The notes under the pieces were generated by a model. The model had not been told where the DNA came from, made no database searches, and saw nothing but the letters and a program-made list of their open reading frames with translations. Positions 1-14,206 of a stretch of 64,000 bases of DNA are shown piece after piece. The translations under genes were made by a program, and so were the position numbers. Position 1 is the stretch's first letter. Each line of letters starts with the position of its first letter. Source of the stretch: Octopus sinensis (lineage: Eukaryota); the NCBI RefSeq assembly GCF_006345805.1, contig NC_043008.1:1984001-2048000 (forward strand), written 5' to 3'.

Positions 1-175
1 AGCCAACAGTTTCGGGAGGTGGGTAGTCGATTATAGGGACACCAGTTTTCACCGAGTACTTATTTTATCGACCGCGAAATGATACATGCAAAGTGGACCA
101 CGACAGAATTTGGTCTCAGAACATTAATATGGACGAAATGCCGCTATGCACTTCGACCGTTCTGGAAACTCTTCT
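1..175 (-). mobile_element. SINE family B (tRNA-head, ATT-tailed), old copy truncated by window edge
   Basis: Diverged match to the copies at 10483-10687 and 57533-57746 (tattttatcgacc..gaaa..atg..aaagt.gacc.cg.c.gaatttg..ctcagaac). Confidence 0.7.
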
Positions 176-1133
176 TCCAGTTCCCCTCATTTTCCCATTA
201 ATTATCATTAGGATGAATTTTGAATTTAATCAAGAAGTACATGCAATCATACTACATATCGTACGAAGGGAAAATATATGAATGTTATGCCAACTTATGG
301 AAAGAACGAATAGAATGTCATTCGTTCTATATGACAAGTGGCTCAAATTTATAATAGCGAATAGAAAATTGTTGCGCATGTATATTCTACACACGGGAAT
401 TCGTACGATTATGTAACAGAAAAAACGAAAAAATTGTGGAGGATGCGTGATTTAAAGCCAATATACTGAATATCGAAATTTATATCCAAAGAGAAGAACA
501 AATATGCAAATATACGCATGCGCTTAGGGTAGAATTAAAAGAGTCACATATTTGTAGACGCACACACAAACACACACACACGCACATATATATATACACA
601 TATGTTTACTGTGCATACACACATCAGTGTGTTTGTGTATGTATCTATATATACGTGTGTGTGTATGTGTGTGAGTGCGCGCGCGTCTACCCTTGTCTCC
701 TATTTAATTCTACCCCGCGCATTTTAATTCTACCCACGCGGAGTTTAGAACATTCCACAGGCATCTATATAAATGTTCTGACAACTCTAATGGCGCTGTA
801 GGATTTAAAGTAGAAGATGATGGGATTTGCATAAGTGTCTATATGGACACACATGTATATATGTCGATCAACACTGTGGTTGCACTACGGGGGTAGAAGA
901 AAAAAGCTTTAATGTCATAGAGACTCTTTAAGAGATAGGAGATAAGAGAATGTTTGTTGACTACTGGGATAAGTACTTGTAATCACAGTGTTTAGGCGTT
1001 TTGTATTTTTATCTTCGTGTATACATCCATGCGTGTCACTTGACGTTTTTTATTCTCCAATGAAACAGGACCAATTAATGGAGACACACATGGATACATA
1101 ACAACACACACACAAACACACACCATACACACA

Positions 1134-1226
<93 letters not shown>

Positions 1227-1377
1227 AGCATATATACATACACGAATGCACGCATGTATGTATATACATAAAATATACGCGTCTATATTGATATATATAT
1301 ATAGAAATCTATCTCCGCTCTGTATGTGTATGAGTGTCTCTATATTTGTGTACGTATGTTCTTTTATTCTTTTAATC

Positions 1378-1425
1378 TTTACTTGTTATAGTCATGACTG
1401 CGGCCATGCTGAAGCACCGTCTTCA
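1378..1425 (-). mobile_element. 3' tail fragment of SINE family A / its partner LINE
   Basis: ttacttgttatagtcatgactgcggccatgctgaagcaccg is the reverse complement of the family A 3' end at about 34322-34370. Confidence 0.65.
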
Positions 1426-2019
1426 ATTATTAGTAGTGACACAATGTGTAAATTTAATACAGGGGTACTTGTTTAAACTAATTTACTAAAGAATAACATG
1501 AATAAATCAATATATTTACGTCAGTAATATGATTTCCCACTGAATTATTCTGTTTTATAACACTAGACAGGTATGCGAATTTTTCATTAACCGAAAGAAG
1601 GACGTATGCTGACATATTCAAATATCATTCCTTATCTTTGAAAATTCAGTCAATCGCATTGAAAAAATATTTCAATTTTTCAGAGAAATTAAATTGCCAA
1701 TACTTGCTCATATACAATTTTTTGTTATTGCTTGTAGTTCCGCCTTTCACCTCTGTTTGATGTCACCCTTTTCTAATGCTAATGAGATTTCGCATACATT
1801 GAAGTAAAATTTAGACAACAATTGCTTCTCTGAATGAAACGATACATTCCTCTTTCAAAATAATTCACAACCGGAATCAAGGATATATCACGTAAACACA
1901 TAAACGTCTTCAATGATTGTATACATACATGCTTATATATTTTTCTATATTCATAAGTGTATGTATGTATGCATGTGTTTATGTGTCTCGACATATGTCT
2001 GCGCGTCTGCATATTTGTG

Positions 2020-2062
<43 letters not shown>

Positions 2063-3627
2063 TATATATATATTCGAGTCAGGAATTGTAAACATAAATA
2101 ACTATTTGTTCAATTATTTAAGAATGAACTATTTTGGGAATATCATATTAATGTCTAGTAATTTTATAACTTGCTGCAAAATATTTCTAAATTCAATTGT
2201 ATCGAGATGACAAAGAAAGTATAATCTTCATATGAATACATAATCTTTTTCATCAAAATCTGGTCATATTTTATATCAAAATTTTATTTTCATTTACTAG
2301 GTCAACATTGAACAAATACTGTTCGCTTGGAATTTTTCAGAATACAATAAACCTATGTGGATGAAGACGGGCTAACGATAAAATATTGACGCAGTAACTT
2401 AGTATCACTTTTATTTAAAATATATTCTGAAACAATATTTTAAAAATATATCTCTCTGGCTAATCATCCGACAGCAATTTTAGGTATAACTAAAAATAAA
2501 TCCTTAATTTTCTCCATTCGTAATGTTAGACGAGTTTCTTTCTCAATCGTTCCTATTGACTAATAATTTCGCCATTCTCAGATTAAATCTTTCCTTGGAA
2601 TTTGCTAATATTATTTTGAAAGATTACATCAAGATTTCAGTTGAAAACTACTTGTTAAATCAATGAATTAAGTAATTGCTGAAATATTAATTTCTATTTG
2701 CATGAGCAAATAGATTATTCAGCCTGTTTGAACAATCCCTTGTGTTATTTCTTCTGGCTTTGTACATCTCAGTGCAATTACCCCTTATAGCAACATTGGC
2801 TTCTATCATTGCGAGGTCAATGAAACTAACACCCGATCCATTACTGTGTTACACTACTAAGTGTAGTTCAAAAAGGAACATCATTGAATTTACAAATATT
2901 CCTCTTACTTAAGGAATGCTGAATGGAAATAAACTTCAAGAACATAAACTTAAATAATTGTTTTATAACTGTATATGTGAGTGTCACTACATAAACATGT
3001 GTGTGTGTGCGTTTGCATACGTATGTGTGTATGTTTTGTTTATGAAGAGAAGGGTGCTTATGACTTGTTCAGAGGAATGTAATTCATGAATACACGGGTT
3101 AAATATTTATACCTATTGAGAAATACATAATTAAAAGGTAAGGAAAATTTGAGATTTCACGGATTTCCCTATTTCGCGAAACGAGATTTTGTTGATATTC
3201 TAACGTAAAGAAAATGAATCGCGAATCAACATACAAGAATGTGTGCATAAATTAACTAGGAAAGGCGCTAGGTATTAGGTGTTTGCTGGTGAAGTGATAT
3301 GCATTCTCTTGAGGATCAAAATTTTCACAAAATGTATGAATCAGTTGGATAATTCAAAGGTAAGGAAACGTTATACAACAATGGAATTGTGAAGTGGTGA
3401 GAAAAATTGACGGATTGTGACATTTATTGCAATACGCAAATGAAATAAATTTAAAGCATGGTAGAGAATTACCGACGAAAAATTATAAATATATTTTGCA
3501 ACGAGGCAAAAATATAAATATATATTTTCCTCACTCTCACTCTCACCTTTCTTAACTAATTAAATAATAACTTCCTAATGCAAAAGACACACTTCTTATT
3601 GTTATTTCTCCTCCATTTTCTTAACGT

Positions 3628-3724
<97 letters not shown>

Positions 3725-3725
<1 letters not shown>

Positions 3726-4832
3726 TAAGCAATAAAGGTTTAGCAACGAATTGCCTTACCACATACCGAATTTAGAAATAGCAGTCAAAGAGTTATAGCT
3801 ATTTCTTCTACTAAAAAGGGAGATCTCAGTAAAAACAGCAATTGGAAGGCAGACACAAACAGGTAAGAGAGAATGAATTGACGGCAATCTATCATACATT
3901 TTTAAGTTATCTACGGACGTACGTTTCGAAATCAAGTTTTTAGGAAAGCATAAGAATTAAATATTAAATATTAAATAATCTATCTTACCGAAACTTCTTT
4001 TCTCTTCAGCGTAGAATACTATAATCATAATTGATTATATATTGAATTTTGAGACACTAGAAGGCACCAACTCAACTCAGTATCAGAGCGAGCTAGAATC
4101 CGCAACTAGTGTCACCGAATTCAATTGTGATGAAACGATTGTGTCACCAGCCCCTTCCCACCCGCATGTAGCCAAAACAAGATGCTGGTCATCTACTGAG
4201 ATAAAATATGGTTATCCGTAATAATGAAGGGTGAAATTAATTAATTTGGAATAATTATCAATTACACCAAGTAGTCTTCGGCATGTAAAAGCCTCATTCG
4301 AGGAAAATTTAAGTAATACTAAGCAATAAAGGGTTTAGCAACGAATTGCCTTACCACATACCGAATTTAGAAATAACAGTCAAAGACTTATAGCTATTTC
4401 TTCTACTAAAAAGGGAGATCTCAGTAAAAACAGCAATTGGAAGCAGACACAACAGGTAAGAGAGAATGAATTGACGGCAATCTATCATACATTTTTAAGT
4501 TATCTACGGACGTACGTTTCGAAATCAAGTTTTTAGGAAAGCATAAGAATTAATATTAAATATTAAATATTAAATAATTCTATCTTACCGAAACTTCTTT
4601 TCTCTTCAGCGTAGAATACTATAATCATAAATGATTATATATTGAATTTTGAGACACTAGAAGGCACCAACTCAACTCAGTATCAGAGCGAGCTAGAATC
4701 CGCAACTAGTGTCACCGAATTCAATTTGTGAATGAAACGATTGTGTCACCAGCCCCTTCCCACCCGCGTGTAGCCAAAACAAGATGCTGGTCATCTACTG
4801 AGATAAAATATGGTTATCCGTAATAATGAAGG
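3725..4832. repeat. Partial tandem duplication (A-B-A, period about 594 bp) of an interspersed element flanked on both sides by (TA)n
   Basis: 3725-4230 recurs at 4319-4832 with about 4 substitutions and several small indels. The same start (tatactaagcaataaagggtttagcaacga) recurs next to (TA)n at about 51243-51270. Confidence 0.9.
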
Positions 4833-4914
<82 letters not shown>

Positions 4915-6249
4915 TTATTTATTATTTATTTATTTATATATATACGTACATATCTATATCTGTTTCTTGTGTGTGGTATTGGGTATCAAACTGATTATGC
5001 AGAATATTTTGCGAGTTTCGACAACTGTAACACGGGACCTTTTTCTCCTCTCTGCATAGATATCGATGGGTGTATGTGTCTGGATATATGATCCTTATTC
5101 ACGTTCAAATTCTTATATAGTTTTCTTGAATATTTTTTTTTTTTCAAAACATAAAACCCGTTTGATGCTTTAACTTATTAAGAATAAAATATTTTACATA
5201 TGTGCTTCCTTATTAATTTATATTGTAGTACTTTTCTCTTTCTGATATAAGATTCACCACACACCAGACGATCACAAAACATAAACATAAACAACTTTAT
5301 GAAGGGAAATATATATAATGCTATTAAATACACTATAGGTAATAAATATTGAAAAGTTTATTGTATGAAATCAATAAGGTATGTTACGAATACTTTCAAA
5401 TTGTACCTGGGACAAAGTAATTTATTTGATGTTAAATATGTTTATAGATGGTGCATAAAATTTAAATTGACTATGAAAATCTATTTTATTCATGGCGTGA
5501 TTTGCTTGTCTTGTAAAGCTTTCCAGTTCTGCAAACTTCAATGCAATTTAAAAGCTTCCTATTTTTTTTATCTCTTCCATTTTCATTTAGGATAGATGAA
5601 AGTGACTTGTACTCTTTCTTGTCTATGAGAAATGCATTCAGCTTTTGTTTCAAAATTTTACACTAGACATTTCTTTTACGATACTCTTTCCGTTGTGAAT
5701 CGGTAGTTTACTGCAAGAATTTTATTTTCTGTGCATCCCTATTGTATTGTGTCCAGGAGTAATAATAAACAAGTCTTTATAACAAATCAGTTAACGTTTG
5801 CTATGTTCTTCAATATAATATACAAACAATCGATAAAATGAAACAATTCGCAATAAACGAGAAAATACTTCCTTTAGAACAAGGGAATACATTTATAACG
5901 TCGGTGCAGTTATAAAATAATGTTAGACTATCATAAGTAGGAACGTTATTTTGTTCGCGTCTATTCAGCGCTTTTGGAAGAATTTGAGAAAAGGATCTTT
6001 AGAACAACAATATGTAGTTGTTGTTCAGGATATTAAAAAAGAGGGAAAAGTGTAAACTAATGAGAAAAAGAAGGAGGGTTTGATGAGGTAAATGCAAGTA
6101 GCATCAGAGTTCACATTGCTAACGCTAATAATAATTGCAAATTAATTACTTGAACCTAACACCGACGTTTATTCTGCTGATTCCATTCCTTATGTACATT
6201 TGCATAGCTACTACACTGCTCTCCATCTCCCACTTCTTAATTTGCCTAG

Positions 6250-7130
6250 GTTGTTAGATGTGAACTGAATACATGTGTTGGAAAAGGTCTTTGCCTTCGC
6301 CTACCATTGCTTTTTCGAAGTGATTTCCAAGCGAAATGTTTGTATGTATCTTTATAACTACGATCTGAATTCGTGTAAAACCACATTTCGTTCATTGTCC
6401 GCTTTGCGCCATTTCTTGAGCTTCTTAGCTCTTACTTCAATACTGCTTTCTGCCGCTTTCCTCTAAATTTATAAACCGTTCTATTTATTAATTTTTACGT
6501 TATTAGAGATATTTTGGCAAATCTGAGGTAACAGTTACAAAATGGTTTTTATATTCTAGGTAACGCTACTTTTCAGAATGTTATCCATGGTGATGCTCTA
6601 CTGAGTCTATCGCGAGTCATAATTTCTTTTTCAAGGAGCCCTAGTCCCACCTGTCTTTCTGACCTATACACTCTTCTTCTGCATTGTGCATGCTGACAAT
6701 GATGTTTTGGTTACTGTTGCTGGACTCTTCGATATGGTGCTCGCCCGACTAACATGAGTGCTAATATTCCGACAGATAAAACCGTGAATACCACCAGAAT
6801 CATTTTTGTTGCTCTAGTTGCCCTTTGCATTTTGATTAGACTAAATCAATTGTCAGCCTACGTCCCCTCCCAAATACCTTACTGCAATCATTGTACCATC
6901 TCCAGGTTTCACTCTTCTGAATCTCGTATTTCTGAAATTTGCATTCAAGTTTTTATCAATGTATTTCATCCTGTTTTGGCAGCATTCTCCCAACAGCTTC
7001 TGTCTACACGTTATATTTTCCTCCATTTGTGTTAGTAGACTTGTTTACTAATGCAGTGCATCGGGATCCTGGCCCAAATTGTTGTGTGTCCTCTTTCCAA
7101 GCTGCCATCCAGTCTTTCACAGAGTCAAGC
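6250..7130 (-). mobile_element. Possible highly decayed LINE ORF2 (APE endonuclease region) relic
   Basis: Interrupted minus-strand frames give LMLVGRAPYRR (cf. GVxYRPP), SNSNQNIIVSMHN (cf. IIxGDFN) and RKAAESSIEVRAKKLKKWRK. Many stops, so the resemblance is weak. Confidence 0.3.
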
Positions 7131-7498
7131 CGGTGACTCCCATCCCCAATAGACATTTCTGTATGGGTTCAATATGACAAGTTAATTAAACATAGTTGTT
7201 TTTCCCCAGAAGAAACCGCAGAAGCTAATCAGGGAGACAGAGAGAGGCACAGGAAGAAGGAAAATGGTCGATATCTCTAGAAAACTAATTTCCAAACACT
7301 AACACACTATATACGTGGGATACTGTATACTCAGTGGTATTTGAAACCCATACATACACGAATTTCTGCTCACCTCACGAAATACTTGAGAAATGTTGCG
7401 ATATGATTGCTTTGGTGTAGGCAGTAGGCATGCGATTCATCACCTGTCTCGTTATTATAATTAAATTTCACAGAAGGCCGAATTGTATTTTATATATA

Positions 7499-7787
7499 TG
7501 GTAGGGTTATTCGCCTCGCGGTGATATGGTTCTGACTTTAATTCTCAGTGATGCATGGCATCCTTGAGCAAGGAAATTTATTTCATGTTGTTCTACTCCA
7601 CTCAGCTGGCAAAACTGAGTAGTACTTTTAATTCAAATGGGACAGACTTGTCAAACGAAGTGTCACGTTTTATCACCCTGAAAACTACGTTGACGGGTAC
7701 ACGTTTCTGGGGAGTTAATGTCAGGAGTAGGCTCTTCCTCTGATCAAAACAACTAGAACCCTTGTTGTCGTAAGCGACGGGAGTGCC
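7499..7787 (+). mobile_element. SINE family C (tRNA-like head, ccttgagcaag core, ...gtcgtaagcgacgggagtgcc end)
   Basis: Degenerate Pol III A/B-box head, then ccttgagcaagg..tttatttcatgttgttctactccactcagctggcaaaa, ending at a (CA)n tract. Confidence 0.6.
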
Positions 7788-9378
7788 ACACACACACACA
7801 CACAAACATATATATGTATGTGTGTGTTTGTGTGTGTGTGTGCATGTGTGTATGTGTGTGTATGTATATGTGTATGTGTGTTTGTGTATGTATTTATATA
7901 TACTTGATATCGTGTGCAATATAAGCAAAACGAAATAACAGCAAAATATCAGACTACAATATAATTGCTGGTTTTGGCAACGTTCTTTACTACCATGATC
8001 GTATGAATGAACAGTTTGTTGTTAAACAATAGGTCTAAAGTATATATTTCTAAAGTATAAGATTTAACTGTTGTTTCTAGAATTTCGAATGTACACGTAG
8101 AGCCTTACTTTTTGTTTTGGCATCAGTATTATAGAAGGTGACCTATTGTGTTGGTATTTTTGATATTTTTATTGACTCGATGACAGATGAAAGCCGTAGT
8201 AAAACTGATAGAACGCGGACGAGGCTTTGGGAGAGAAAATATAATTATTGTAATGGAGTTAGTAATGTTTATACTGTGTCAGTAATTTTTATAACTTTTA
8301 TCAAAGAGAGCATTTTGAAATTTGCCCAAACTTGTTCTTAAATCCATATTATTTATTCGCAAACAGAGATAAAAGAAAGCGAGTTAATTATAGAGTCTAA
8401 AATATAATGCAGCGAAATCATTGCATTTGTAACAATGGTCAAAATAATTTACTTGTAATATGATTTATGATAACATTATGAGATAATAAATATAACAGAA
8501 TCTATTTTATTATTTATTTTTATAAAGAGTCTATTGTGATCTTTTATTGAAAACTCCAGCAGAATGAAATATTATTTTCTGAGGGCAAAAGGATTTCTAT
8601 TCATCTCAAAACAGATTCGATCAATATAAGAAACAAACTTTAATGATTTACAAATAGAAATGTGACTGATTTGTCTTCCTTTTATTTTCATTTTGATTGC
8701 AAACAACATAGGCTTGTTTAATAAACATTTTGAAGTTTCACTACAAGTATTATACACACACACATATAGATGAATGGGAATGTATTTATAAGTAAATACG
8801 TGCGTCTCTACATTCATTAAGAGTTAGTTTTAATCTTTCTAGCAGTTTATCGAAGCCAGACTTTGCTACTCCTTTGAGAGAATGCGTTGGTTTTATATTT
8901 ATCAAATCTGGCATATATTTATATTTAGATATTGGCAAATGAATTTCGTTGCAGGCTTTCTATACAGTTATACTTAGAACAATATATTTTTCAGAAAAAT
9001 AGTATATTCAGGGAGTTTTCGTTCTCATCTACAATCATGATTACAAAATTAAAGATAGCAATGTTAGTATCGAAACAAATATCTAATCCGTTCTAGAATA
9101 GAATTCAAATACAGCACCGCAATTAAAACTTAGCTCGTCTTTTAAAGGAGGGGCTCTCGTTTCATGTACCGGTGACTAATTACACTCAGGTAAGCTGTAA
9201 AGGTATAGTGATTTGTATTTAGCGTAATACAGTAAAGTAATATGAATATCAAATCATTTCGATACCAAGGTAATTTGGAAATCTGTAGTTCCGAGTTTTC
9301 TCTATGAACAAATAAATCTAGGTATATGCAGGAAAACCTCCAATTAATATGAATTCAAGTAATTGTTACATTTGTATG

Positions 9379-9473
<95 letters not shown>

Positions 9474-9567
9474 TGTGTGTGTGTATGCATGTTCCACCTT
9501 GATTGTCATTCCATGACAGATATCAGAAAAAGAATTACAAAATGCCCACCTAGACAAACGGACAAAC

Positions 9568-9670
9568 CTTATTTAAGAAGACATTCTCAATCAAATTCTC
9601 CGATGCCAGCTTCTTCCAATACATCTCCTTCAATAAAAAGCCTTCCATTCGAAATCCGTCCACTTTTTCT
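9568..9670 (-). other. Candidate orphan exon (103 nt)
   Basis: Minus strand: catactattttag acceptor and AG|gtttgt donor; one open frame, EKVDGFRMEGFLLKEMYWKKLASENLIENVFLNK. No recognisable homology or partner exons. Confidence 0.2.
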
Positions 9671-10482
9671 CTAAAATAGTATGAATATTTTCTGTATGAA
9701 TACAAATAATTAATCAGGAAAAATAATCTCTTTCTCATCCGTAAATAGATTTTCAAAACTACCCTAGAGGGAAATATATGTGCACGCTATATAACAATAC
9801 AGCAACTTTGTAACTTTGCCAAATAAATTTCGGTATAAACAAACCAATGAATAAATACCCTTCAGTCATTTTAGAACATGAATGGTTAAATAGTTCAGTT
9901 CGTTTAGAAAATCTCTGAGAAATAATCTACCTGAACCGAAGAAAATGTGTAACCTTTAACCAAACAAAAATGTGTGTATGTCTGTGCAAGTTGTGTCTGT
10001 ATGTATGCATGTATGTATATATGATTGTATATATGTATGTGTGTTTTTGTGTGTGTGTTTGTTAGTGCATGTGCTTGTATGGAAAATGTATTAATGCATG
10101 TTTTTATCTATATATACGTAACAATATGTGAACATTTGTACGTTAATTTGTGCATATAAAATACACAAAATATACCTTGCATAAACTTTACGTAAAAGAA
10201 AAGTATTCTTAGAAATAAATATGCTTGAAACACAGAATGTTTGTATGCCAGATAGATCTCTAATACAAAGATGTAATTAAAATTGATGAATAACTGAGGA
10301 TCGAGTGATGCTGACCAGATATAGCTTCCAAAAAGCAGTGACAAACTTTGTCTTCTTATTGATACCGTTTCCACTTTGACCAAGACTTGGATACATGTCA
10401 GATAAACAATTCTTCAAATAATAAAAAAAAACTGCAACATTAAAATGAACGGGCTTGTGGACGTAAAAGTTATATTAATAAT

Positions 10483-10687
10483 CATTTCCACTATAGGTAC
10501 AAAACCTGAAATTCTGGGGGAAGGGGGCCCCCCGACTAGATCGACTCCAATACGGAACTGGTGCTTCGTTTATCGACTATGAAAGAATGAAGGACGAAGT
10601 CGACCTCGGCGGAATTTGAACTCAGCTGGGTGAAGCACCGCTAAGAATTTCGTTCAGCGTGCTAACGACTCTGCCAGCTCGCGACCT
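10483..10687 (-). mobile_element. SINE family B with 19-bp target-site duplication
   Basis: taaaagttatattaataat occurs at 10464-10482 and 10688-10706. The body matches 57533-57746 in reverse. Confidence 0.85.
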
Positions 10688-11460
10688 TAAAAGTTATATT
10701 AATAATAACTGAAGTATTCTATATGCTAGGTATAACGTGCACAGAAGGGAACCGAAACGAACGACTATATACCAAAATTTTCTTTTACGCAAAATATATT
10801 CCTATAAAAAAAAAACATCATCAACAAACGCTCTGCAATGTATTCTCAGAATCAGAATAACCTACACAATGAACCGCTAGGAAAATAAGAGTTCCTTCTG
10901 CAGGATGATCACTAATTAAGATAGTTACCCAATGAATATAACGTAGTCTCTGACTCCACTTAAATTGTGGTCTGTGTAACTTAATCCAGGTAAGAAGATG
11001 GTAGAAATATGTAACAGATAAAGTGAAATGTTTATCTAAAAAGTTTACAATGTAGATAAAATACTGTGTGTATATGATTACCATATATTGTAATTTTTTA
11101 TTGTCGGAACAGTATATGAGATACTCTCACTGAGTAAATACTTCACGTACACCTGGACGACATTTAGGAGTGATTGCTCCTACAATCTTGTCTCAAAACT
11201 CTACATAACATAATTACAACCAAAGACTGATATGTGTACGAGAAAAGAGTACGTATTGATACAATCAGAAATGTTGATAGGAAGCAAATGGGCAACATGG
11301 AAACACCACATTTCAAGTTTAGAACTGATTTCTGCAAAATAGGGATAATTTATCCTGTTCATACAATATTATTAGCATTATCCTGCGTTTGAGTATAAAA
11401 TGAAAAATTACTACTTTCACTAGATATATATATATACATATATACGTACACACACATATA

Positions 11461-11529
<69 letters not shown>

Positions 11530-11532
11530 ATA

Positions 11533-11952
11533 CATACATATATATATAATACATAATCAAACATAAGCAACAAGAATGACTCCGGTGAGATACAACCAGA
11601 GTTTTGGTCAGATGGCAACTGAACTTCACAACCTCATATGTTCCTAACATTTATATCTACATCTTTATCTGTATATTTAACTTCCCTAAAATGTTGTAGT
11701 ACGAAACAACTGTACCAAGTCACTGGAGTCATTCTGTTGCTTACTTTTGATTATAATCACCCCGCAAATTTTTATGGGTAACACCATACAAAATTCTGGT
11801 GCATCTAAATAAGTACCATATTCATTTGAATCTAAATGTTGTTGATCTTATATATATACATATGTATATATACATACGTATACATATATGTGTATCTATA
11901 TATATATACCTACACGTATACATATATGTATATATATAAAATATAATTATAT

Positions 11953-12035
<83 letters not shown>

Positions 12036-12454
12036 CATATATATATAATACATAATCAAACATAAGCAACAAGAATGACTCCGGTGAGATACAACCAGAG
12101 TTTTGGTCAGATGGCAACTGAACTTCACAACCTCATATGTTCCTAACATTTATATCTACATCTTTATCTGTATATTTAACTTCCCTAAAATGTTGTAGTA
12201 CGAAACAACTGTACCAAGTCACTGGAGTCATTCTTGTTGCTTACTTTTGATTATAATCACCCCGCAAATTTTTATGGGTAACACCATACAAAATTCTGGT
12301 GCATCTAAATTAAGTACCATATTCATTTGAATCTAAATTGTTGTTGATCTTATATATATACATATGTATATATACATACGTATACATATATGTGTATCTA
12401 TATATATATACCTACACGTATACATATATGTATATATATAAAATATAATTATAT

Positions 12455-12460
<6 letters not shown>
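11533..12460. repeat. Two-copy tandem duplication, period about 499 bp, bounded by (TA)n
   Basis: The unique parts of the copies differ only by about 4 single-base homopolymer indels (ttctgtt/ttcttgtt, aaataag/aaattaag, aaatgtt/aaattgtt, aatacat/aataacat). Confidence 0.9.
11566..11741. mobile_element. 176-bp MITE-like element with about 23-bp TIRs and flanking TA (second copy 12065-12241)
   Basis: TA|agcaacaagaatgactccggtga ... tcactggagtcattc(t)tgttgct|TA. Confidence 0.55.
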
Positions 12461-12494
<34 letters not shown>

Positions 12495-12649
12495 CACGAG
12501 GGTTTCTTTCAGCTTCTGTCAAGCTAATCCACAAGGCTTTGGCCGCTGCGAGGCTATAGTAGAATACACTACCCTCAGGTGCCAGTGGGACTGAACCCGG
12601 ACCATGTGGTTGGGAAACGATTTTCTTATTACATAGCCACGACTCCGCC
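12495..12649 (-). mobile_element. SINE family A, 5' half
   Basis: Reverse complement of the 33977-34140 head (gggactgaacccgg B-box, ggctatagtagaa). Confidence 0.75.
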
Positions 12650-14142
12650 GGTATGCATATATATACATATACATATATATATTTTAAAATGAAGTGACAT
12701 AGTCTTAAAATTAAAGTTGTATAGCGCAATTTAATGTCTATACTGAATTCCTTCTCTAATTAATAGAAGAGAAATCTTTGCGAAAAATATGTGGACTGCA
12801 TTATGTAAATTTGACGAAAGCGTGTTCCAGAAAATTATAGGTACATTTTCACTAATCATTTCCAGTGCGCTCTTCGCAGCCACGTATGACAAACATGGAT
12901 TCATGTAATCTCTATTCGGAAAGGTGGAAATTTCTTTTAAACCTGAATTTTAAAACAATCTTTGAAGAGTAATTTTGTTCAAATAATAGAGGTAGTGCTT
13001 TTGGGGATAATATTCCTTGTAATACAAGATTTTATGTCATTATCCCCAAGGTTCAACATCAATGGGGTGCACACAAAAAGAATAAAAAAGAAAATGATGA
13101 TGCGGTATCTATTCTTGAGACAAAACAATAGAAGGAGGAAACAATCAGAGGCATTATAAATCTAGAAGTATAATTCAATAACACAATGGCATCGTTTTTG
13201 TTCAAAATTGAAATTGGCGTAAATTGATAAGTGAAAACTCCAATCGCCAATGCCTGTAACAATGTTTTGCCAGAAAATGCCAATCCCTACATAAAATTAG
13301 TTCATATTGCTATCGAGCTGCCCCTCCTGAAACAACATTAATAAAATGTCATTCGATTTAGGCAAAGGAATGCCACAGTACAGATATTTTTATTGTTAGG
13401 TCAAAACAAAAGCGTTCGCTGAAATACTTACATGTAAAGAATAGCTTTGTACTGACAACTTTGAAATGGAACGACCACAGAAAATACTTAACTACAACAC
13501 TCAAAGGCTTTATTTCATGCTGAGCCTCGGTTGGTAACCTTATACATCCTGCACGTGATAAACCTGGAGTGCCAAGTAGTAATATTATTGAAAGGAAAGT
13601 TGTGAAAGGTAATTCTACTCATGACTTTATTTCGGTTTTTGAAAAGACGATATCGAAAATGTTATTGACATTATAATCAAGCTAATGTATTTTTCAAACC
13701 AAAAACTTTATTAGCATACATTTGTGGCACCATGACAATGACATCATTACACTGAGCTTGTACAGAATGGGAAAAAAATAAAGTAATGTTATTATGACTA
13801 GCTGAATCAGTACATTGGCTACATTTTCCCCAAGAAGTGTACAACTGGCAATGAACAATTGGATGTTATTACAACACTGTTCGTTATTGATTTACTTTTA
13901 AAGATGTTCTGCAGGTTTTAAACATTTTTGTAAATTATACAAAAAGCTTCCACTATTCCTATGTGTGATCTGTTAATAGCTTTTTAGGTGTTATTCCAGG
14001 GAATCAATGTTTCATTCTTTTCACCGATTTCATTTGCAGATCTTAACAATATATGTTAACACTCCCTTAAATATCTGTTTGGTAACATTATAGCCTTGCA
14101 GTAATAATTGCAGAAGCAATGAAACAAGCAAAACATCTATAT

Positions 14143-14206
<64 letters not shown>

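Noticed and set aside
2301-2375. Possible terminal exon VNIEQILFAWNFSEYNKPMWMKTG*
   Set aside because: It has an acceptor only, no homology and no upstream partner in the window.
4265-4305. Hammerhead-like GGC/GCC stem with ATGA and GAA on the minus strand
   Set aside because: The core reads CGAAUGA (G5 missing) and stem I does not pair, so it is not called as a ribozyme.
12960-13950. Repeat-free tract with short coding-like frames
   Set aside because: No recognisable domain.
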